Assembly (NCBI GenBank): GCA_965205865.1
Contig: CBDBHR010000029.1
Span: forward strand, 1 to 64,000
Reading direction: 5' to 3'
DNA: 64,000 bases
From: a bacterium
GTDB lineage: Bacteria; SAR324; NAC60-12
The notes under the pieces were generated by a model. It was given only the letters and a program-made list of their open reading frames with translations. It did not search any database and was not told the origin of the DNA. Positions 55,379 through 64,000 of this stretch are shown here, piece after piece; within the stretch, counting starts at the first letter, position 1; each line of letters begins with the position of its first letter. The position numbers and the translations under genes were made by a program.

Positions 55379-55468
55379 AACGATATTGAACTAAACGGGT
55401 TTTTCAGAGACCTGAATAGTTACAACGATATTGAACTAAACGGGTTTTTCAGAGACCTGAATAGTTAC
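55379..55468. repeat. Exact 45-bp tandem duplication ending in a MITE-B-like end
   Basis: AACGATATTGAACTAAACGGGTTTTTCAGAGACCTGAATAGTTAC twice. Confidence 0.92.
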
Positions 55469-55493
55469 CTTTCAAGCTCAGAAAAGGCGCTGA

Positions 55494-57518
55494 GTGGTTA
55501 CGATTTTTGATCATTTGAACAGGAGAAAAATTATGCAAATCAATAAAAATAACAGAAAGTACAGTTCAATCCTGCTGGCCCCCCTCATGGGGCTAACCGT
55601 AGCAGACGTCGTGTCTGCTGCGAAAACCCGATTCGCCCCAGGGCGGGTGAATCGTTCTCAACACCCTCAACCAAAAGAGGTCATTATGGGTATGATGAAA
55701 AAACTTGTCGCCTCCCTCGTGGGGCTGAACCCGGCAGGCTTCTGGTCTGCTGCAAAAATGCAATTATTGTTGTTAACCCTCATTGTGAGCATCTTTGCCT
55801 TCGGGGAGAGTCTGACCGCTGCCCTTGCGGCAGAGATGGTCTGGGACCGCACCATCCGCAAGATGGTGGAAGCGCCTCGGTATGGCGGAACCTTGACCTA
55901 CGCCAACAATAATGAGGCGCCAAATACTGACCCCTCGATTGGGGGGGCCGAAGCGGGATTTGCCATTTCGGGGGTGCTTGAGAAACTCAGCATCGCGGAC
56001 TGGGCCATCGACCGGAAGGTGAATGACCTGGGAAACGAGTTCCTGGCAGATGATCACTATGCACCAGCGCTGGCTGAAGGTTGGGAACAACCCGACCCCA
56101 CTACGTATATCTTCCACATCCGTCAGGGGGTGCGTTGGCACAATAAAGCCCCTTTGAATGGTCGAGAATTTACGGCACAAGATGTCGAATATAACTATCA
56201 CCGTTTAACGGGAACAGGCAGCTTCAGCGAACCTCCCGGCGTTACCCAACTACTCCCCGCACTGGAATACGAATCGATCCGGGCGACCGACAAATATACC
56301 GTTGTCATTAAGTTGAAGAAACCCCGCCTCGATGCGCTGACGGTGCTCATCGAAGACGCCTATGCCTTTATGGCCCCTCCCGAGCTCATCAAGCAGGACG
56401 GTAACACTGCGGATTGGCGGAAGCTGGTCGGCACCGGACCGCTGATGCTGACCGACTGGGTCGAAGGAAGCTCGATCACCTGGCAGAAGAATCCCGACTA
56501 CTGGGGGGTCGACGAGAAGTTCCCACAGAACCGCTTGCCCTATATTGACACCTTGAAGAGCTTGATCATACCGGAAGAAGTAGCCCGCGTCGCGGCTATG
56601 CGCTCGGGGAAAGTGGATTATATCGGTCACCAATCCAGATCGGCCCTCAAAGTCCCCGACATAGTGGAGAGCCTCCTGCGGACCAATCCCGACCTCAAAG
56701 TGCATGCGTATTATTTTCGCTCGAATGCCGGGATGGGCTATGACGTGACCAAGCCGCCCTTTAACGACATCCGGGTGCGCAAAGCCATGCAACTGGCCCT
56801 GGATCTCGAGACCGTCAACAAGACCTTTTATAAAGGATTATCCATTGTGACCCCGCAAGGGCCGACTGGGCATTTTCAGACCCAGTTTACGGTCCATTAT
56901 GATCAGTGGCCTGAGGAACTCAAAGCGGGCTATCGCTACGACCCGGAGGCGGCAGAGAAGCTGCTGGATGAGGCCGGCTACCCGCGTGGCGCGGATGGCA
57001 TTCGCTTTTCGACGAAAATGGATGGCGCCAAGCACAACGGCTTCATTCTGGATTATTGGGCCATCGTCCAGGAATACTGGCGCAAAATTGGCATTCAGTC
57101 AGAAGTGACGGTCCATGACATAACAGATTGGGTCGCTCGGGTTCGAAACCATACATTTGAAGGCATGACCTGGACGATTGCGGCCGGCCCCTATCACCCT
57201 TTATCTGGTCTGGAATCATATTACACCGGCGCCACCTGGAACCGCGGTCAAGTGGATGATCCCCAATATAATGCCCTCTATGATGCGATGAGAGCCGCGA
57301 CCACCCTGGAGGAACTGGGGAAGTACTCCAAAGAGGCCAATCTGCGTATCGTTGCGCAGCACTGGCAGCTCTGGGGGCCTGTCGAACCCTCGTATAACTT
57401 CGCCCAACCCTGGATCAAAGGGTATAACGGAGAATTCTATATGGGGGTCTGGAACAAAAATGCCGCCTACGTCCGCTTCTGGATTGACCAGGATCTGAAG
57501 AAGCAAATGGGCTTCTAG
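55494..57518 (+). CDS. ABC transporter substrate-binding protein, family 5
   Basis: PRYGGTL, LAEGWEQPD, GTGP, KNPDYW...RLPYID and YDPEAAEKLLDEAGYP motifs. The true start is probably downstream (~55686). Confidence 0.93.
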   Translation: MVTIFDHLNRRKIMQINKNNRKYSSILLAPLMGLTVADVVSAAKTRFAPGRVNRSQHPQPKEVIMGMMKKLVASLVGLNPAGFWSAAKMQLLLLTLIVSIFAFGESLTAALAAEMVWDRTIRKMVEAPRYGGTLTYANNNEAPNTDPSIGGAEAGFAISGVLEKLSIADWAIDRKVNDLGNEFLADDHYAPALAEGWEQPDPTTYIFHIRQGVRWHNKAPLNGREFTAQDVEYNYHRLTGTGSFSEPPGVTQLLPALEYESIRATDKYTVVIKLKKPRLDALTVLIEDAYAFMAPPELIKQDGNTADWRKLVGTGPLMLTDWVEGSSITWQKNPDYWGVDEKFPQNRLPYIDTLKSLIIPEEVARVAAMRSGKVDYIGHQSRSALKVPDIVESLLRTNPDLKVHAYYFRSNAGMGYDVTKPPFNDIRVRKAMQLALDLETVNKTFYKGLSIVTPQGPTGHFQTQFTVHYDQWPEELKAGYRYDPEAAEKLLDEAGYPRGADGIRFSTKMDGAKHNGFILDYWAIVQEYWRKIGIQSEVTVHDITDWVARVRNHTFEGMTWTIAAGPYHPLSGLESYYTGATWNRGQVDDPQYNALYDAMRAATTLEELGKYSKEANLRIVAQHWQLWGPVEPSYNFAQPWIKGYNGEFYMGVWNKNAAYVRFWIDQDLKKQMGF

Positions 57519-57779
57519 ATCATCCTTCTCATTTTCCCCCTCTTCCACCAGGGGAGAGGGGACTTTCTCACCATAAAATATCAATCATTATGGCGAACAA
57601 TATATGAGCTTCCAAGTGGCAGGCGGTAAGAAAAAAAAGGTTTTCTCTCACGAATAGTCCGACATTCCCACTCCTTAGTTGTCGTGGAATGCCGCTTCGT
57701 CTGACTGGCTGGGTCTTAGCAGACGGAGAACTCATTCGGACAGCTAGCCCCCGCAAAATGTGTCAGTCTTCGCTCGATG

Positions 57780-57854
57780 CGCTAACGTTTGGATAACCTT
57801 ATTCGAGGGAAGCGAAAAGCGCCCCCTCGAATAAGATTTATCCACTGGTTCGCA
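57780..57854 (-). other. attC-like integron recombination site (site 3)
   Basis: Minus strand: TGCGAAC-5nt-GATAAATC...palindrome...GGTTATC-5nt-GTTAGCG. Confidence 0.75.
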
Positions 57855-58144
57855 AATTTTGTATTTTCTCTTGTTTCTTTAAAATGTCCTTTTCGCCCTT
57901 AAAAAGGGTGTTCTAAGCCCTGTTTTCGGTCTGTATTTTTTCAAAATATATTTTATATTAGAGAGTTACGGGAAATCATTTGGTCCGACCCCTGATTCCT
58001 GATTCACCTGATTCTCTGATTCTACTATAATGTTGAGTTTTCCATAAAGGTTATTTATAACTAGTTTTATTATTTTGTATGCGAAATTATTACAAATATT
58101 GTTATAATCATACTTAGCAGTTAAACTAATGTTAAGGAGATCGC

Positions 58145-58384
58145 AAGAACAAATTTCACCCATATTTTCTAAACAGTGTCTTAAAAAGAAGACCCTGTTT
58201 AACCAAAGAGATCTGTATTAGAATTGTTGAATCTTCAATTGATGCAGAAGAACAAGAAGACGGACGATTCCGTTTTTGGGGATTTGTTCCGGAACCAGGA
58301 ACTTATTTGAGGGTTATTACCGAAGCGGATCTAGTAACAATCTTCAATGCTTTCAAAGATCCTGATTTTAACCCAAAAATTTAA
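58145..58384 (+). pseudogene. RelE-fold/DUF4258-like toxin lacking a start codon
   Basis: RBS AAGGAG then AAG instead of ATG. Open frame of 79 codons (YF..VL.RRP...EQEDGRFRFWG...YLRVIT...TIFNAF.D.DF) directly before a DUF2283 gene. Confidence 0.72.
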
Positions 58385-58393
58385 AGAGGACAT

Positions 58394-58624
58394 ATGAAAT
58401 TAGAATATTATCCTGAAGCTGACGCTCTTTATATTGCATTAAAGAACGAATGCAAAAGCGTAGACTCTAAAGAAGTCTCAAAAGGAATTGTGCTGGACTA
58501 TGACAAAGATGGAAATGTAATAGGAATTGATATTCATAGCCAAGCGAGTCAAAAGGTTGATCTTGATAGTATCAACTTTGATAAATTTTTTGAAGCTAAA
58601 CAAGAAAATGCAGAAGTTGCATAA
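58394..58624 (+). CDS. DUF2283-family putative antitoxin
   Basis: MKLEYYPEADALYI...EVSKGIVLDYDKDGNVIGIDI. Confidence 0.88.
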   Translation: MKLEYYPEADALYIALKNECKSVDSKEVSKGIVLDYDKDGNVIGIDIHSQASQKVDLDSINFDKFFEAKQENAEVA

Positions 58625-58657
58625 TCTGTTTTGGAAATCATTCAGAACCAAAGTAGC

Positions 58658-59637
58658 GACGCGGTAGGAATGCCAGTTACCCGGCACCCCCCGCACAGAT
58701 CCCCGCATGAAGTTTTCCCTCACGGGGCTCCTCGGTTGTACTCGCTTCCGCTCAGCGTCTTTCTAAAACAACAGTATGCAGACGTTTCTTTAAGAACGTC
58801 TGATGAGTTTCGCTTTGTACGTCTTCTCTTTCAACCGCCTCTCTAAATCAGAGAGATTGTCTAAAAGATTTTGAGAATACTCCCTCGCCGTTACTTTGTC
58901 TACTCCGCTGGCTGCCTGCTTATTGAGGTGCTTCCAGCCTTCATAGAGCAACTCTCGATTGAGTAATCCGTAGAGATTTCTAAAGCGATGTTGCTTATTA
59001 GAAGCCGCTGTGATTGCTATACCCCTCAGTGAGGTTGGCTTATGTTTATCCGATCCAGCATTGTCCGGCATAAGTTGCCTTTGATAGGTTAAGTACTTCC
59101 GTCAGGTCCTTCCCCCTGTAGTAGGCTCTCCCTACCTCAGAGTACTACGCCTGATTCGCCACCCTGAAACCAAATGGCTTTCCCCATTAAGGTAATTCTC
59201 ATTCGACCTGTAAAAACAGGCTTCTTTTCAGGGCTTCCCAAGTTCTTGTCCGCATCTTTACTTACATGCCATAGTCTAAGGTGGACCCCGGTGGCCCTTC
59301 ACATCCTCGCCATTGACGGATGCTCTTGTGTTGGCTTCGGCATTCGTTAACACCCTCGCCGACCACGACTACTTGTTTCGAGGCTGTATCAACTTTCAGG
59401 AGGCGGCTCTCCCTACGGCCTGCAAGTTTCTCTGTGTACGCTTCGTGTATCTTGTTCGGATAACCGGTGCCTCTCATGGTGGATTGTCGATCGAGCCGAC
59501 TACCAATGTCCTTTGAGTATCCGGGTGATACCCACAAGATTTCCCGGTAGAGCCTCCGCCATACACGCAACACTCGATACGGGTGACAGGCTAGGTCTTA
59601 CCCGACGGGGACTTGCACCCCGCAAGATGCGCCAAGC
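58658..59637 (-). mobile_element. Group II intron derivative with internally deleted RT
   Basis: Domain V GAGGAGCCCCGTGAGGGAAAACTTCATGCGGGGATCTG (58696-58733) and domain VI ending CCTACCGCGTC. RT N-terminus HRFRNLY...ASGVDKVT...YKAKLIRR at 58790-59071. Structured 5' region without a clean GTGCG. Confidence 0.9.
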
Positions 59638-59758
59638 TGAGCGTGCAGAACCCCAAATCTAAACTCGGCAAAATTGATAAACTTTCAAATTTCTAAGAAA
59701 CTCAGAAAAAACAATCATTTGCGCGGATTTTTGCTACGTCTCTAGCGGTTTGTTAGGC
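59635..59758 (-). other. attC-like site (site 2), right end interrupted by the intron
   Basis: GCCTAAC-AAACC-GCT(A)GAG(A)CGT(A)GCA... pairs with ...TGC-ACG-CTC-AGC, giving three unpaired bases. The intron begins where the spacer and GTT should be. Confidence 0.72.
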
Positions 59759-59795
59759 TACCTCTTTTCTGACGCCACAAAATTTTGTATACTAA

Positions 59796-60053
59796 TTATG
59801 CGGCAACATCCCATTGCGCAGCTTTCGACACACGAACATATTCATCTTCATGTAACCAATGAACAACATCCGAATAAGTTGGCGAACTATAAGCTACTTC
59901 ATAGTTTTCTTTGGGATCATAAACTTTAAATTGTTTATCCTCATTGCCAACGATTAGAACATAAGGAGGATAAGCTGTTTCATCAACCCAATATTCACAG
60001 GCTCCGATTAACTTATTATCTTCATGTGTTTGGTTTGGTACGTGGGATGACAT
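59796..60053 (-). CDS. Small hypothetical protein, possible immunity/antitoxin partner
   Basis: 85 aa, acidic, ...YDPKENY...WLHEDEY. Overlaps the upstream gene. Confidence 0.7.
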   Translation of the reverse strand: MSSHVPNQTHEDNKLIGACEYWVDETAYPPYVLIVGNEDKQFKVYDPKENYEVAYSSPTYSDVVHWLHEDEYVRVSKAAQWDVAA

Positions 60054-60384
60054 GGTATTCCTTTCTTTTATTAATTTTCATTTCTGCGTAATGGAGGGGA
60101 AGCACATTACCATCCAGATCAAAACGATAACCGATTTGCTCTTTAAACATAAGTCCAAATCGTTGGTGTCCTCGAATCCATCCTGAAAAACACCCTTGCT
60201 GAGAAATTAATTCTGTAACATATTTTAGTTTTGATTCATCATTAAACACATGAATTTCACCTTAATTTTTCAATTTTTTTTGACTCTCCAATATGTTTGG
60301 AAGGTGTTTTCTTGTATGTTTTTCCGATTTAAAAATGGAATCATGAATTCCTGTTCCTGTTTTTCCAACAATCGTATATTTCAT
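60022..60384 (-). pseudogene. Hypothetical toxin-like gene with in-frame TAA
   Basis: ATG 60384 to TGA 60022 in one frame with a single TAA at 60262-60264. Contains KHLP and a C-terminal YHVIP. Confidence 0.68.
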
Positions 60385-60436
60385 AGTGATTCAATGATCA
60401 TATCATACAGAATTTCTCGCACTCAATTGTTTTTTA

Positions 60437-60512
60437 GCCCAACGTCCGGGATAACCATATTCGAGGGGGCGCTTTTCGCTTCCCTCGAATACGGTTTATC
60501 CCCTTGTTCGCA
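60437..60512 (-). other. attC-like site (site 1)
   Basis: Minus strand: TGCGAAC-AAGGG-GAT(A)AACC...GGTTATC-CCGGAC-GTTGGGC, the canonical 7-5-8...7-6-7 geometry. Confidence 0.8.
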
Positions 60513-60546
60513 AATTCTGGTTTTCTTTAAACAATTATTAATATCA

Positions 60547-61441
60547 CCTAAATTGAGCGATTCTGAAAAAGGATCAGATTTTCAAGATGATTTTTTTGCC
60601 TGAGAAAGGCAATCATTCTGAAATCAGATTTATATCATCAAATCCATGGATGTTTGAGTGAGAATGAGCATCAAAATGCTGTTTTCAGATGTGGAAAGTC
60701 TTCATTTCTCATGTTTTGGACGCACTTATCTCCTTAAACTTTAATGTTTTTGTTTTTTAATTGAGGCGAAACCCGTTGATCAGATTGGCGTCAATGCGTG
60801 CTGGCAGGTGGCAAATAGTTGGTCCAATTGCAAGCGCTCAAAGGTCGTTTTGGGTATTTTCAAGATCAGTTTTCCGGCATGACGAAGCAGTTTGCCTGCC
60901 GTATCAAGAAACTGGCGCCGGAAGGAATCAGCATACATCGTTACCGCAATCACTGGCTTGCTGACATCTTCTTTGAAGGCTTCGAAGAGGTTATTGCCAA
61001 GCAGCATCAGGTAGTAGCATGCGGTATTGGAAATGAAGTCCTTGAAGGGTAGTTGTTGATGACCAAAGTTTTTCAGCGCCCGGTTGGCCAGTTCATCCTT
61101 TCCCCGTCCGTGGTACGAGCCAAGGATGCTATGAGCATTGATGCGCTTTTTATTTTTACGCATCGAAGCAAACATCCTTTCGATGATCGGCATCAGCCGA
61201 ATGTTTTGCAGATACTGGGCAAACAAGGCCAATCCGGCACGACTTGTCAAGTGTTCATCGGTTGGCTGAATGGCATCAATTATCTGTTTCTTTTTATCCT
61301 GAACTGTTATATTTTTTTCCATAAAGCTCTCTACTTGTTGGGTTGTGTTAGATTTTGTCGTGATATTGTTTTTACTCACTGAAATATAACATATTTTCCC
61401 CAAGGTTGGGAGCTTTTTTATTACGAATCGCTCAACTTAGG
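60547..61441 (-). mobile_element. IS1380-family element, internally deleted
   Basis: 17-bp TIR CCTAA(A/G)TTGAGCGATTC. LTSRAGL and YHGRGKDEL.NR.LK motifs fused with the middle missing. Confidence 0.82.
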
Positions 61442-61495
61442 GATAAGAAATATTCAAAATTTGGGGATGAAGTGATTTATGAGAGGACATTCTGT

Positions 61496-64000
61496 TCAAT
61501 GGACATCAACGTCGGAGAGGTTGAACTCGGGCAGGGTATTGATGATGCGCATGGTTTCGATGCTGACATGGATAATCCGCTTGATGGCGGTTACCAGATC
61601 TTGCGGGTGTTTGAACCGGGCGTTGGGATCGTTGACGATGCCGCTTTGCTTGTCCTTTATGATGCGGTAACGGTCGATGAACCACTGCAGCGGTGTTTTC
61701 CCGTTGACCTGATAGCGATGCGCGGCAGCGGGAATGCCCTGCAAGCTCACGTGCTCGTTGATGCGAAGGGTGGTTTTTTCGTTGTCGAGGAAACGCATTT
61801 TCTGGTGACCGATGCGAAAATGCTCCGCTCTTGCCTCTCCACCGTGCGCGCACTTGATTGTCAACGGGTATTCCTCACAGGTTTCGTAACCGAGGTGGAG
61901 GGTGGCCAGATCATGCCCGGCTTGGGCAAACGAATGAAAATCCGTTGTGAATGGAATGCGTGGTAACTCTTTGGTCAAATCGTTAGCAAATTGATTCCCA
62001 TAACCAGGAGAGTGCAGGAACCCGTAAACATAGTCGAAAATCTGGTCCTTGTCGATCGAGTCATCTTGATAATGCATGCGAAATTCTGCGCAATGCCGTG
62101 TCCGTGATGTTATCGATACGATCCAGTATTTGTCCTAATCCCGGGTTCGCTCCCTGTCCTTCCATCACTTTCGAATACTCATACCGAGGAAAGCACTGTC
62201 CAAAACCGACAAAGTGGAGATCCGGTATCGAATCGACCATGAGCACGGAAAACGAGGTAGTTGATCCAATTCCCGGTACGCAGATTGCGCGGTTTTCAGT
62301 CGAAACGTGCGGGAAAATGCGATCAAGTTGGTACTTGTTGTTCACTAGTGTGTCGCTCTTTTATTAATGTGTAAATAATTCCTTGGTTTGCTATACTACG
62401 AGCTGTCTTTTTTTTTTCATAAATGGAGACAGCATGAGAAAAGCACCAAGTATAAAACTGACCCGGGAAGAACAGGATGAATTGAGCAAAACCGCACGCC
62501 GTCAGACCGGAGCGATGAGAGACACTCGTCGTGCGCACATCATCCTGTTGGCTGCTGATGGCCTTAAGAATCAAGAGATTGCCAAAACGCTTGGAACCAG
62601 CGGTAATGCCGTTGGAAAGTGGCGACGGCGATTTGTTGAAAAAGGAATAACAGGTCTCAATGATGATCCGCGGCCTGGCAGGACACGCATTTTGGAGCGG
62701 ATAAAATCGAGGAGATTGTGAAGAAAACCATTGAAGAGAAGCCTGAGGACCGTACCCATTGGAGCACGCGATCGATGGCCAAGGCAGTTGGCGTAGGCAA
62801 GACAACCGTCGGTAAAGTATGGAAAGCCCATCGCCTCAAGCCTCATCTGGAAAAAACATTTAAGTTGTCGCATGATAAGCATCACTGCGAAACTGAAAGA
62901 TGTCATCGGAAGGTACATGAATCCTCCTGAGAAAGCGCTGGTCTTGAGCGTCGATGAGAAAATCACAAATCCAGGCACTCGATCGCACCCAGCCAGGTCT
63001 TCCACTGAAAGAGGGCGCAATGGCACCAGAACTCATGATTATATCCGTCATGGCACCTGCTGTCTGTTTACTGCTTTGAATACGCAGACAGGGAAAGTGC
63101 TCGCTCGCTGTGAAAAACGGCACCGACACCAAGAGTATCTGCGCTTCCTGCGTCTTATTGACAAGTCTTACCTCGAAGCAACTGCAGGTATCACTTGATC
63201 CTGGACAATTACGCCACCCACAAACATCTTAAGGTGAAAGAATGGCTCAAAAAACACCCGCGATTTCACCCGCATTTCATTCCTACTTCCTCCTCATGGC
63301 TGAAATGGTGGAACGCTTTTTTGGCAAGATCACTGCAGAACGGATTCGACGAGGCGCCTTCAAAAGCGTCCTCGAGTTGACCAAGCCATCATAGTTACAT
63401 CGAGACACACAATCGAAACCCAAAACCCTATGTCTGGACTAAAACTGCCGAAGAAATTATCGACGTACTCAAACCTGTCTACCAAATAACCAATAATACA
63501 ATGTATTAAACAGGCAATACACTAGCACATATTCAACATAGCAATGCTGCTTGACAAATGGATCGGTATGGAGATTCTCTTATCTTTTTCAGCTCGAAGA
63601 AAATTTTCTTTTCGCTTTTCAAATTATTCCAATTTGATCCCATCGAAGATGTGAGGAAAACAATTGTGTTACTTCATAGAGGGTCAAGTCACGATGATCT
63701 CTGTTAGCTAGTATCGCTCCCAGATAGTCTTTGTTGCCAATTGTGCGTTTTGCGCGCAAGCATCTTGAGAAAAATTGTACAGATACGCATCTCTGCTGGT
63801 ATTTAATCCTTGTGAATACAAATTGAAAACAGCATCGTCAGTCTTGCCTGCCTTGGCGTCCTTCGACCCCATTGGAAAGAAGCGTTGGAATGCTTCATTA
63901 CGCAGGCCCACCCAGTCGTGATGTCGATCAGGCGTAATCGTTTGCCAGTCATTAATACCAGCAATTGACCCTGTATTACTCAGTATTTCTAGTTTCTCAT
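61496..64000 (-). pseudogene. Type ISP restriction-modification enzyme, C-terminal region, disrupted
   Basis: PDRHHDW, TSRDAYLYNFS, QCFPRY, DNITD, IFDYVYG.LH, LPRIP and W.IDRY....DK.SGIVNDPN motifs. Frameshifts plus an IS630 insertion. Confidence 0.88.
62346..63524 (+). mobile_element. IS630-family element with frameshifted transposase
   Basis: CTAG at both ends with TAGTGT..GC inverted ends. HWSTRSMA, SVDEK, THDYIRHGT, LDNYATH and PTSSSWL motifs. Confidence 0.92.

Noticed and set aside
57519-64000. Complete integron with intI/attI
   Set aside because: No tyrosine-recombinase motifs are visible in any frame in the window.

Overview
Bacterial chromosomal window in three parts. (1) About 1-47 kb is a heavily decayed accessory catabolic island. 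It holds SDRs, PhyH-type Fe/2OG dioxygenases, mandelate racemase-family enolases, a Zn-ADH, a BVMO plus esterase, hydratases and a family-5 ABC uptake system. It is riddled with IS elements, at least five MITE families and TGTCAT-type REP-like palindromes. It contains a >=10 kb near-identical inverted duplication (1-10059 vs 33163-43235) whose inner edges are two copies of one IS. (2) About 47.5-57.5 kb is an intact, mostly housekeeping block: hppA, argD, rtcB, lptF-like, obgE and a second ABC substrate-binding protein. (3) About 57.8-64 kb holds an integrase-less array of three attC-like sites. Its two toxin/partner cassettes both have a disabled toxin-like gene, and a deleted non-IIC group II intron sits inside the middle attC. 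An IS1380 derivative and an IS630-disrupted type ISP restriction-modification gene follow. The most novel-looking signals are the attC array with its same-strand intron and flipped attC loop, and a repeat system in which REP-like hairpins nest inside each other and ride inside three unrelated MITEs. No rRNA, tRNA or CRISPR array was seen. All family calls come from motif recognition by eye; no searches were run.
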